NCBI GenBank assembly: GCA_964550635.1
Contig: CAZJZV010000003.1
Coordinates: 105-64,104, forward strand
Reading direction: 5' to 3'
Length of the DNA: 64,000 bases
Source: an uncultured Bacteroidaceae bacterium
Lineage (GTDB): Bacteria; Bacillota; Clostridia; Christensenellales; CAG-917
Part shown: piece by piece, positions 56,211 through 64,000 of the stretch
Layout of the letters: each line of letters begins with the position of its first letter
Numbering within the stretch: the stretch's first letter is position 1
Made by a program: the position numbers and the translations under genes
Notes under the pieces: generated by a model
The model's database searches: none
The model's input: only the letters and a program-made list of their open reading frames with translations
Told to the model about the DNA's origin: nothing

Positions 56211-58289
56211 CTATTTGATCGAGAACATAAGGTCGCCGTAGTCGGGGAAGGGCCAATAGGTTTTGGCGGTGCGTTTTTCCATTTCGTCGGCGGTGGCGCG
56301 GAGTTTGTTCATCGCGGGGATGACTTCGTCGCGGTAGAGTTTCGCATCGTCGAGTCCGGACGGAATGGATTCCGCTTTTGCAATCGAGTTTTCGAGAGCG
56401 GAGAGATTTTCTTCCGCGGTGGTGTAGAGATTGCAAAGTTCGGCGGTTTTTTCGTGGGACGGAGAGAGTCCTATCGCTCTCATAGAAGATTCACTATCCG
56501 ACAAGAATTTGAGATAATTTCTGACGGCGGGGAGCACGTCTCTCATCGCCATATCCGCCATTGCGTTTGCTTCTATGTCTATGAGTTTGCAGTAGTTTTC
56601 TATGAGAATTTCTTGACGGCTCACCATTTCGCGCTCGGTGAAAACGCCGTGCTTCGAGAACAGTTCGACGTTCTTTTTCGACGTGAAAAGGGGGAGTGCG
56701 TCGATAGTGGTGGGCAGATTGAGAAGTCCGCGTCTTTCCGCTTCCGCCACCCACTCTTGAGAGTAGTTGTTTCCGTTGAAAATGATACGTCCGTGCTCCT
56801 GCATAGTGCGACGAATGATAGCCGTTATCGATGCGTTGAAGTCGGTCGTATTCTCAAGCTCGTCCGCAATAATCGAGAACTCGTCGGCAAGAATCGTGTT
56901 GAGCACGGCGACGGAATCGGACGTTGACGATGCGGAGCCTAACATACGGAACTCGAACTTGTTACCCGTAAAAGCGAACGGTGAAGTGCGGTTTCTGTCG
57001 GTTGAGTCTTTTGCAAAGCGCGGAAGAACGTGTACGCCGACTTCTACTTCGCACCCTGCGCGCTTGGAATATTTTCTGCCGTCCGCTATCGCTTGGAGTA
57101 TGCCCGTTAACTCGTCTCCGAGATACATACTGACGATTGCGGGGGGTGCTTCGTCCCCGCCTAAACGGTGGTCGTTGCCTGCGCTTGCGACGCTTATTCG
57201 GAGCAAGTCTTGATGCTTGTCTACGGCGGAAATCACCGCGGACAATATCAACAAAAACTGCGCGTTTTCTTCGGGGCTTTTCCCGGGGTCGAAAAGGTTG
57301 TAACCGAAATTGGTGGATAGCGACCAGTTGACGTGCTTACCGCTTCCGTTGACTCCCGCAAACGGTTTCTCGTGGAGAATACAGGTCATGCCGTGTTTCT
57401 TCGCGACTTTCTGCATAAGTTCCATTGTCAACTGATTGTGGTCGGTCGCGATGGATGCCGTCGTGAAAATGGGGGCGAGTTCGTGTTGGGACGGAGCGGC
57501 TTCGTTGTGCTTTGACTTCGCGAGAATGCCGAGTTTCCAAAGCTCTTCGTCAAGGTCTTTCATATATGCCGCAATTCTCGGCTTTATCGGTCCGAAATAG
57601 TGGTCGTCGAGTTGTTGGGTTTTGGGCGGTTTCGCGCCGAAAAGGGTGCGCCCCGCATAGAACAAATCCCTACGTTTTTCAAATACCGCCGTGTCTATCA
57701 GAAAATATTCCTGTTCGGGACCGACGTTTGCAATTATTCTTTCGGTTTTTCTGCCGAAGAGTTTGAGTATTCTCGTTGCCTGTCTGTTGATCGCTTCCAT
57801 TGAGCGAAGTAGGGGAGTTTTTTTGTCGAGAGCGTCCCCGGTGTAAGAGCAAAATGCGGTGGGTATGCAGAGTACGCCGTCCTTGATGAACGCGTACGAC
57901 GTGGGATCCCATGCGGTATATCCCCTTGCTTCGAAGGTCGCACGAAGTCCGCCCGACGGAAAAGAACTTGCGTCGGGTTCGCCCTTTATCAACTCCTTGC
58001 CGTTGAATTCCATGATGACTCCGCCGTCCCTTGTGGGCGAGATGAAACTATCGTGTTTTTCCGCCGTCACCCCCGTCATGGGTTGGAACCAGTGCGTGAA
58101 GTGGGTAACGCCCTTTTCGATTGCCCAATCTTTCATTGCGTTTGCGATGACGTTTGCGGTGTCAAGGGAAAGAGGTCTGTCTTCCGCACAACAAATTTTG
58201 AGTTCGCGATAGACGTCTTTGGGGAGACGCGCGCTCATCGCTCTATCCCCGAAAACCATACTACCGAATAAATCAGACATAGTAGCCAT
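56211..58289 (-). CDS. glnN: Glutamine synthetase type III
   Basis: 692 aa from ATG 58289, with RBS GGAG. The N-terminal GSIII domain (MSDLFGSMVFGDRAMSARLPKDVYREL) and the catalytic core (NGSGKHVNWS, RLGG.EAPP) fit the ~700-aa type III enzymes. Confidence 0.9.
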   Translation of the reverse strand: MATMSDLFGSMVFGDRAMSARLPKDVYRELKICCAEDRPLSLDTANVIANAMKDWAIEKGVTHFTHWFQPMTGVTAEKHDSFISPTRDGGVIMEFNGKELIKGEPDASSFPSGGLRATFEARGYTAWDPTSYAFIKDGVLCIPTAFCSYTGDALDKKTPLLRSMEAINRQATRILKLFGRKTERIIANVGPEQEYFLIDTAVFEKRRDLFYAGRTLFGAKPPKTQQLDDHYFGPIKPRIAAYMKDLDEELWKLGILAKSKHNEAAPSQHELAPIFTTASIATDHNQLTMELMQKVAKKHGMTCILHEKPFAGVNGSGKHVNWSLSTNFGYNLFDPGKSPEENAQFLLILSAVISAVDKHQDLLRISVASAGNDHRLGGDEAPPAIVSMYLGDELTGILQAIADGRKYSKRAGCEVEVGVHVLPRFAKDSTDRNRTSPFAFTGNKFEFRMLGSASSTSDSVAVLNTILADEFSIIADELENTTDFNASITAIIRRTMQEHGRIIFNGNNYSQEWVAEAERRGLLNLPTTIDALPLFTSKKNVELFSKHGVFTEREMVSRQEILIENYCKLIDIEANAMADMAMRDVLPAVRNYLKFLSDSESSMRAIGLSPSHEKTAELCNLYTTAEENLSALENSIAKAESIPSGLDDAKLYRDEVIPAMNKLRATADEMEKRTAKTYWPFPDYGDLMFSIK

Positions 58290-58328
58290 AATATATCTCC
58301 GAAAGTTTACGATTATTATATGAAACAA

Positions 58329-58357
58329 ATTATAATCGCGCCACGCCGAAAATGCAA
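58329..58357 (-). promoter_or_regulatory. Sigma-A type promoter of glnN
   Basis: The minus strand reads TTGCAT (58357-58352), 17 nt, then TATAAT (58334-58329). This predicts a leader of only about 33 nt. Confidence 0.65.
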
Positions 58358-58537
58358 CGAAATCGAAATAAATTCTTTGCCAATGATAATTTATTCTTTG
58401 AAAGCGTTATTTATGCAATAAAACACCGCTTTTATGCAATATGTTATGCAAAACTGCTTATATTGAATTTTAATTTTTCCAAATTCGTGCTTGCAATCGG
58501 CTTTGTATTGGTGCAAAATATTGGCAAGGAGTGAATT

Positions 58538-59440
58538 ATGTTAGCGAATATTTTCTTTGATAAATACGTAAAAAAGAACGACGACGCAAGACTTGCTACG
58601 CAGGCGGACCCAGACGGCATTGTCGAAACGAACGATATTCCGTATCTCGACGACGGACACAAGTTGCATATGCTCGATATATACCGCCCCGAAGGTGCGA
58701 CGGGCAAAATGCCCTTTATCGTTGATATTCACGGCGGTGCTTGGGTGTATGGGGATAAGGAGTTGAATCGCAAGTATTGCTTGCACCTTGCAAAAGAGGG
58801 CTTTGCAGTCGTCAATTTGAGTTTCCGACTCATTCCCGAAGTGGACTTCGCAGGGTCTATGAAGGATATTTTGGCGGCGCTCGAATTCGTGAAAAAGAAT
58901 GCCGATAAATTCGATCTCGATTTGAATAATGCGTTCATCACAGGGGATAGCGCGGGCGGTCATAGTGCCGCTATGGTGCTTGCAAGCGGAAGCAATAAAA
59001 CCCTTCAAGACGCATTCGGCGGGAAAAATCCGATAGATTTCAAGGCGGTTTGTTTCACTTGTGCCGCGTTCAATCCTTCCGATTTTGCCAAAATTCCGCT
59101 TGCCGGTGCGGTGCTATTCAACGGTATGTACGGCAGATTTTATAGGGGCAAAAAGAAACGCGCACTCTATGAAAGTTATGATTTCTCGAACGTCATCCCC
59201 GACGATATGTGCCCGACCGTACTCATCACCGCCTACGCGGACTTCTTGCGCAAACAATCCCACAGGCTCAAGTCCGAACTCGACGCAAAAGGCGTCGAAA
59301 CCCTGCTCATCGACTTCGACGAACCCCTGTCCGACGGCTACAAACTCGAACACGTCTACAATTCAAGCTTCCCCGACCGCGCCGCCTCGACCCTCGCCAA
59401 CCAAAAAACCTGCGCCTTCTTCAAATCCAAAATCAACTGA
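58538..59440 (+). CDS. Alpha/beta hydrolase (esterase/lipase, HGG-type)
   Basis: Oxyanion DIHGGAW and nucleophile elbow GDSAGGH. 300 aa, RBS AAGGAG. Confidence 0.85.
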   Translation: MLANIFFDKYVKKNDDARLATQADPDGIVETNDIPYLDDGHKLHMLDIYRPEGATGKMPFIVDIHGGAWVYGDKELNRKYCLHLAKEGFAVVNLSFRLIPEVDFAGSMKDILAALEFVKKNADKFDLDLNNAFITGDSAGGHSAAMVLASGSNKTLQDAFGGKNPIDFKAVCFTCAAFNPSDFAKIPLAGAVLFNGMYGRFYRGKKKRALYESYDFSNVIPDDMCPTVLITAYADFLRKQSHRLKSELDAKGVETLLIDFDEPLSDGYKLEHVYNSSFPDRAASTLANQKTCAFFKSKIN

Positions 59441-59474
59441 TCGCAGAGTAGAAGTTTTTGAGAAAAGTGTGCTA

Positions 59475-59503
59475 TTGACAACGGCATGGTTGAGTGATAT
59501 AAT
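59475..59503 (+). promoter_or_regulatory. Consensus sigma-A promoter with extended -10 (drives the tracrRNA-like RNA)
   Basis: TTGACA (59475-59480), a 17-nt spacer, then TG-a-TATAAT (59495-59503). Confidence 0.8.
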
Positions 59504-59509
59504 AAACTC

Positions 59510-59607
59510 AACCTTTATACCATACCAAACTCTAAAGGTTTCTAAAACAAGGGATTTTTCCCGCAAAGCTCTATCCCTTGATAGTTTTATCAGGGGATAT
59601 CTTTTTT
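59510..59607 (+). ncRNA. Putative tracrRNA (type II-C architecture)
   Basis: Starts about 7 nt after the -10 element. The 5' part ends ...CTCTAAAGGTTTCTAAAAC (anti-repeat; its complement begins GTTTTAGAAACC). It is followed by AAGG-GATTTTTCCCGC (nexus-like hairpin), AAAGCTCT, then terminator TATCCCTTGATA-gtttta-TCAGGGGATA plus TCTTTTTT. This layout parallels the Neisseria Cas9 guide scaffold ...CTACAAT-AAGGCCGTC..GCCGC-AACGCTCT-GCCCCTTAAAGC.. as recalled from memory. Confidence 0.75.
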
Positions 59608-59618
59608 AGGAGGATTTT

Positions 59619-62600
59619 ATGTATCGACTTGGTCTTGACATTGGAATAAAGTCAGTTGGCTGGTGCGTTATGGAGTGCGACGAAAGTGGCGAGCCGAAGC
59701 GCATTTTGGCATTAAATTCACGAATTTTCAAAGCGGCTGAAGTTGCGGATATGAAGAAAAACGCTTCTTTGACGTACGAAAGAAGAATGGCAAGGAGTAG
59801 CCGTAGACTTACGAGAAGGCGTGCGTTTAGACTTGAAAGACTTCGTAATGCCTTTGAAGCGCGTGGCGTGAAACTATTTGAGTCGGACGGCGACGAATTG
59901 GTGCTTACGGAGCACGTGCGCAATTTAGACGTTTTAGCACTGCGAGTTAAAGGACTTTCGGAAAAATTGACGGCGGAAGAGTTTGCTTACGTGCTTTATT
60001 CTATGGCAAAGCATCGGGGTTTTAAGAGTAATAAAAAGAGCGGTGCAACGTCTGCGGAAGACGGAAAACTAAAGAAAGCAATAAGTGAAAATGCAGAAAA
60101 AATAAAACAATGCGGGTGCGCCACGGTCGGAGAATATTTATATAAAGAATATGCGGTGAAAGGTCTGCCAGTCCGCAATAAAGGCGGAAAATACAATTTG
60201 TGTTTTTCAAGGGATATGATAGCGGATGAAACGTGCGTGTTGTTTGAAAAGCAACGAGCATACGGAAACGATTTTGCATCGCGTGAGATGGAAGAAGAGT
60301 ATCTGACCATTTTCAATTCGCAAAGGAATTTTGACGAAGGTCCCGGGAAGGGAAGCAACTACACCGGCGGGCACGAAGTCAAGAAGTGCGAGTTTTACGA
60401 AGAAGAAGACGTATCGGCGAAGGGAACTTATACGAACGAGTGGGCAACCGCCTATCAAAAAATAAATAATTTAGCCATTATATTGGACGGAGATAGGCGC
60501 AGATTGACGGATGAAGAGCGGGAAATCGTGGTTGATCTTGCTCGAAAAAAGGGAATAGTAAAATATAAAGATGTAAGAAAAGCGCTTGGATTGGTCGAAG
60601 ATTACAGGTTTAACGCTCTCAATTACGGTGCTAAAAAGAAAGGCAAGAAATCAAAAAGCGACGATAACGTTTTGAGTTGCGAAGATTCGACGTTTATCAA
60701 TACGAGCAAGAGCAAAGATATAGTAAAAGTGCTTCCCGACGACTTGAAAACCGATGTCGAACTCATTGACGAAATTGCCGAGATATGCACGAAGTATTCA
60801 AGCCAAAATCTATTTGAAAAAGCGATTGAAGAGAGCGCGATAGTAGGCGGAAGAATAGACGATGAAACGATAGCGAAGTTATGCGCTCTCGATATGACGG
60901 GATACGGGCATCTGTCTTTGCGAGCGCTTCGAGAAATGATGCCGCATTTGGAGGCGGGATTAGTGTATAGCGAAGCTGTGGAGAAGATAGGATTCTCGCA
61001 CTCACGCAAGAATTATGACAAGCAGAAGTATTTAGGCAAAAATCAAATTGTGCGCGAAAAAATCAGAGATATAATCTCTCCCGTCGTGAGAAGATCCGTT
61101 TCGCAAACCGTGAAAGTCATAGATGCAATAATTCGCGAATACGGAAGTCCGTATGCCGTGAATATCGAACTTGCGCGCGATATGTCGTTGAGCAGAGACG
61201 AAAGGGATAAACTAGACAAAGAGATGAAAACTCGCGCTCAAGCAAACGAAGCAATCGCAGAAAGTCTGCGGGCAATCGGCGTAAGACCTACGGCAACGAA
61301 TATGTTGAAAAAGAAACTATACGACGAACAAGACTGCAAGTGCATATATAGCGGAAAACCGTTGGAATACGGCCGTTTGTATGAGGACGGCTATTGTGAA
61401 ATCGACCACGTAATTCCTTATAGTCGTTCGTTTGACGATAGTTATAGCAACAAGGTTTTGGTTTTGAAGGAAGAAAATCAAAACAAGAAGCAAAACACTC
61501 CGTACGAGTATTTCGAGCGCATAGGACGAGATTTTGACGAATTTACCGCCTTTTGCAAGGCAATCTACGGCAAGGATAATTCGAAAAAAGTCGAACTGTT
61601 GTTGAAGAAGAAAGTCAACGAAGACGAGCGTAAATCACGCGCGCTCAACGATACGCGTTATGCGTCCCGCCTTATAGCAAACGTGATAGACGATTTTCTG
61701 ATTTTTGACGATAATGCGAAAGGAAAGAGGCATACGCTAACCGTAAAAGGTGCAATAACCGCGTATTTGAGAAGATATTGGGGCATACAAAAAATACGTG
61801 AAGACGGTGATAAACATCACGCCGTAGACGCCGCCGTTATTGCATGTGTAACAAGGGGCATCGAACAAAAAATCGAAAAGTATAATCAGGCAAAAGAAAT
61901 AAATCATATCAAAAACGGCGAATACGTTTTGGAAGACGGCGAAATCGTATCGGAAGAGTACTATGATAAGAATAAGAATCTGGTATTGCCCTTCCCGTAT
62001 AAAACCTTCAGGGACGAGTTGTCGGCGCGTACCCTGTACGACGAAGATGAAATGAAGGCTGCATTGAGAGCAATAGGTTTTACGGAGAGCGAAGCGGAAT
62101 CGGCAAAACCGTTTATCGTGAGTCGTATGGTGACCAGAAAAGGCAACGGAAAACTCCACGAAGACACCGTTTTCAGTGCAAAGTATGCAAACAACGGCAA
62201 TCCGCAAATACACGGTGGAGAAAACATAATAGTAAAAAGAACACCGTTGCAAAAATTGAAACTAAAAGACGGAGAAATAGAAGGATATTTCAATCCAAGC
62301 GGAGACCGTTTGTTGTATGAAGCGATCAAACAACGTTTGGAAGAATTCGGCGGAGACGGCGCGAAGGCTTTCCCCGATGATAGACCATTGAGAAAACCAT
62401 GTAAAAACGGGGAAGGGAATATCGTAAGAGCGGTAAAAACTTATGAAAAATACAACGGCGGCGGGATTGAACTTCAAAAGAAAAACGGCGTTGCAAAAAA
62501 CGATACGATGATTCGCGTCGACGTCTACTCGAAAAACGGCAAATACTACGGCGTACCTATTTACGTGGCGGATTTGTACAAAGGAGATCTTCCCAATCAA

Positions 62601-62987
62601 ATTGCGACGGCAAATAAACCAAGATGCGAATGGCGAGTCGTTGATGAAACGTATACGTTTGAAACGTCGTTGCACAAAAATGATTTGATCAGAATTGAGA
62701 ATGACAAGCCTATCGAGATGAAGAAGAAACGTCAAAACGACAGGAGTAGTCGCCCCGATCTGATTTCGTTCACAAACGGATTGGTTTATTTCGACGGATT
62801 TGATATAGCGACTGCAGGATGTAAGTTTGATGATACGACGGATTGCTATACCACAAGAAAAGGTCTGCAGAACATGAAAAAGATAACAAAATGTGAAATT
62901 GACGTGTTGGGCAACGTGGTTGAAATAACTCGCAAGCCCAAAGCGCCGGAAAAACTGTGTTTCAAAAACAAGCGCGACGAAGAATAG
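59619..62987 (+). CDS. cas9: CRISPR-associated endonuclease Cas9 (type II-C-like, 1122 aa)
   Basis: RuvC-I YRLGLDIGIKSVGW, Arg-rich bridge helix RRMARSSRRLTRRRAFRLERL, RuvC-II AVNIELARD, HNH EIDHVIPYSRSFDDSYSNKVLVLKEENQNKKQNTPYEYF, and RuvC-III KHHAVDAAVIA. RBS AGGAGG 5 nt upstream. Confidence 0.97.
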   Translation: MYRLGLDIGIKSVGWCVMECDESGEPKRILALNSRIFKAAEVADMKKNASLTYERRMARSSRRLTRRRAFRLERLRNAFEARGVKLFESDGDELVLTEHVRNLDVLALRVKGLSEKLTAEEFAYVLYSMAKHRGFKSNKKSGATSAEDGKLKKAISENAEKIKQCGCATVGEYLYKEYAVKGLPVRNKGGKYNLCFSRDMIADETCVLFEKQRAYGNDFASREMEEEYLTIFNSQRNFDEGPGKGSNYTGGHEVKKCEFYEEEDVSAKGTYTNEWATAYQKINNLAIILDGDRRRLTDEEREIVVDLARKKGIVKYKDVRKALGLVEDYRFNALNYGAKKKGKKSKSDDNVLSCEDSTFINTSKSKDIVKVLPDDLKTDVELIDEIAEICTKYSSQNLFEKAIEESAIVGGRIDDETIAKLCALDMTGYGHLSLRALREMMPHLEAGLVYSEAVEKIGFSHSRKNYDKQKYLGKNQIVREKIRDIISPVVRRSVSQTVKVIDAIIREYGSPYAVNIELARDMSLSRDERDKLDKEMKTRAQANEAIAESLRAIGVRPTATNMLKKKLYDEQDCKCIYSGKPLEYGRLYEDGYCEIDHVIPYSRSFDDSYSNKVLVLKEENQNKKQNTPYEYFERIGRDFDEFTAFCKAIYGKDNSKKVELLLKKKVNEDERKSRALNDTRYASRLIANVIDDFLIFDDNAKGKRHTLTVKGAITAYLRRYWGIQKIREDGDKHHAVDAAVIACVTRGIEQKIEKYNQAKEINHIKNGEYVLEDGEIVSEEYYDKNKNLVLPFPYKTFRDELSARTLYDEDEMKAALRAIGFTESEAESAKPFIVSRMVTRKGNGKLHEDTVFSAKYANNGNPQIHGGENIIVKRTPLQKLKLKDGEIEGYFNPSGDRLLYEAIKQRLEEFGGDGAKAFPDDRPLRKPCKNGEGNIVRAVKTYEKYNGGGIELQKKNGVAKNDTMIRVDVYSKNGKYYGVPIYVADLYKGDLPNQIATANKPRCEWRVVDETYTFETSLHKNDLIRIENDKPIEMKKKRQNDRSSRPDLISFTNGLVYFDGFDIATAGCKFDDTTDCYTTRKGLQNMKKITKCEIDVLGNVVEITRKPKAPEKLCFKNKRDEE

Positions 62988-62999
62988 AGGAGGTGTGTC

Positions 63000-63893
63000 A
63001 TGGGGTATATAAACGTGTTTTTATCTACCCCCTGTTCCGTCTTAATAAAAAATAAACAACTTGTCATACAGGGGGAGTCCACGCATTCGTTTCCGGTAGA
63101 GGATATGAATGCATTGATGATTGAGTCAAGCGAAACAACCGTTTCGGGGTATGCACTGCAGACGCTCGCCGACAATGGGGTTGTCGTTTTCACTTGTGAT
63201 AGGATGCATTTGCCAAACGGAGTTTTGTTGCCGTTGAATGCATACTACCGTTCGTTGAAGATTTTGAATTGCCAATTATCAATAACAAAACCACTGAAGA
63301 AACAACTATGGCAAAGCATAGTGAAACGAAAAATCGAAAATCAAGCGGCGTGTGTAAAACTTGCAACGGACGACGATGCGGACGATTTGATATCTCTTGC
63401 GGGAGAAGTATGCAGCAACGATTCGAAAAACGTTGAAGCCGTCGCGGCGAATTTGTACTTTAAGAAACTGTTTGGCAAAGATTTTTTGCGCAGAGAAGAA
63501 TCGTTTGTAAATTCTGCCTTAAATTATGGTTATTCTTTGGTACGGGGCGTTATTGCGCGCACGCTTTCCGTTTTGGGATTCGAGCCAAGTTTTGGACTTC
63601 ATCATTGCAATGAATTGAACAATTTCAATTTGGCGGACGATTTGATAGAAACCTATCGTCCTGTCGTTGATTTGATGGTGCACAATTTATGCGGATACGA
63701 TGATTTAACGCCTGACGTCAAGAAAAAACTGTTTTCAATATTAAATTGCGACGTTTTGATATCGAATGAGATACAGCCTTTGTCGTATGCCGTTGAATTG
63801 ACGGTGCGAAGTTTGCGCCGAAGTTACGAAACAAACGAGAATCATCTCGCATTACCGCAATTGTTACCATTCAAAATGCATAGTTATGAATAA
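63000..63893 (+). CDS. cas1: CRISPR-associated endonuclease Cas1 (type II)
   Basis: 297 aa with RBS GGAGG, 12 nt after cas9. Motifs [26 protein letters not shown] and [12 protein letters not shown]. Confidence 0.93.
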   Translation: MGYINVFLSTPCSVLIKNKQLVIQGESTHSFPVEDMNALMIESSETTVSGYALQTLADNGVVVFTCDRMHLPNGVLLPLNAYYRSLKILNCQLSITKPLKKQLWQSIVKRKIENQAACVKLATDDDADDLISLAGEVCSNDSKNVEAVAANLYFKKLFGKDFLRREESFVNSALNYGYSLVRGVIARTLSVLGFEPSFGLHHCNELNNFNLADDLIETYRPVVDLMVHNLCGYDDLTPDVKKKLFSILNCDVLISNEIQPLSYAVELTVRSLRRSYETNENHLALPQLLPFKMHSYE

Positions 63894-63897
63894 GTTT

Positions 63898-64000
63898 ATG
63901 AGAATTTTAGTGTTTTTTGATTTGCCCGTTACGACGAAAAAAGAACGGCATTTGGCAACGTCATTCAGACGATTCTTGATGAATGACGGCTATTGTATGT
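63898..64000 (+). CDS. cas2: CRISPR-associated endoribonuclease Cas2 (5' fragment, truncated by the window end)
   Basis: [34 protein letters not shown] is a typical Cas2 N-terminus. An alternative in-frame ATG at 63886 overlaps the cas1 stop. Confidence 0.85.
   Translation, partial: MRILVFFDLPVTTKKERHLATSFRRFLMNDGYCM

Noticed and set aside
56151-56927. 258-aa plus-strand ORF antisense to glnN, and similar antisense ORFs at 29120-29983, 41093-41908 and 42095-42958
   Set aside because: All lie inside well-supported genes on the other strand. They have Arg/Gly/Val/Phe-rich compositions typical of antisense frames and lack start signals.
58290-58328. Glutamine riboswitch or GlnR/TnrA box in front of glnN
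   Set aside because: The predicted leader (about 33 nt) is too short for a riboswitch. No TGTNA-N7-TNACA dyad was found in 58290-58537.
59510-59548. Idea that the RNA upstream of cas9 is a natural single-guide RNA (repeat and anti-repeat fused)
   Set aside because: The internal hairpin ACCTTTA/TAAAGGT does not include the TCTAAAAC segment that should pair with the repeat 5' end. No GTTTTAGA-like sequence exists upstream within the transcript. A conventional tracrRNA is the simpler reading.
1-64000. Search for mobile elements, prophage genes, toxin-antitoxin pairs, retrons/DGRs and rRNA genes
   Set aside because: I recognised no integrase, transposase, recombinase, reverse transcriptase, terminal inverted repeats or phage structural genes in any frame. 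The only hints of horizontal acquisition are the tRNA-adjacent position of the surface block and the A/T-rich MacB-type gene.

Overview
This 64-kb chromosomal segment is gene-dense, with about 45 credible CDS. It looks like an endospore-forming Firmicutes/Clostridia-type bacterium: it has spoIIE, a PyrR-type attenuator, TTGACA/TATAAT sigma-A promoters, GGAGG ribosome-binding sites, and roughly 50% G+C by eye. No species call is possible from the sequence alone.

The window falls into three blocks.

(i) 1-20.4 kb, accessory cell-surface block. It starts next to a truncated tRNA-Ser(GCU). A minus-strand operon encodes an ABC ATPase, a 12-TM exporter permease, a 1050-aa secreted beta-helix protein and a 2106-aa lipoprotein made of Listeria-Bacteroides and MBG-type repeats. 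Nearby are a zinc-ribbon polytopic membrane protein, a possible TasA/camelysin-like secreted protein, an O-antigen-ligase-like protein and an A/T-rich MacB-type fused ABC transporter.

(ii) 20.6-59.4 kb, mostly housekeeping genes:
- gltX and an S8 protease.
- An MgtC-like protein, a cation/proton antiporter and a LysR regulator.
- A MORN-repeat protein.
- A complete PyrR-attenuated pyrimidine operon, pyrR-pyrC-carB-pyrK-pyrD-pyrF-pyrE-pyrB. It has no carA, and its PyrB carries a fused PyrI-type zinc domain.
- A two-component system and an SDR oxidoreductase.
- A surface/TM protein coupled to bioY, then a TetR regulator, a GDPD-family enzyme and yerC.
- spoIIE, tilS, hpt, cca, rmuC, a PHP phosphatase and a VanW protein.
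- A phosphohexomutase, a type III glutamine synthetase and an esterase.

(iii) 59.5-64.0 kb, compact type II-C-like CRISPR-Cas locus: cas9 (1122 aa), cas1 and a truncated cas2. A consensus promoter upstream drives a ~98-nt RNA with tracrRNA architecture. Its terminator abuts the cas9 RBS. The CRISPR array itself is not in the window.

The observations most worth following up are:
- the tracrRNA-as-cas9-leader arrangement and the repeat sequence it predicts;
- the ABC-exporter/giant-adhesin operon;
- the PyrB-PyrI(Zn) fusion;
- a terminator-flanked island holding three phased direct repeats.

All calls rest on reading motifs, signals and structure by eye. No database search or alignment was run, so product names are family-level and start codons and element ends are approximate.
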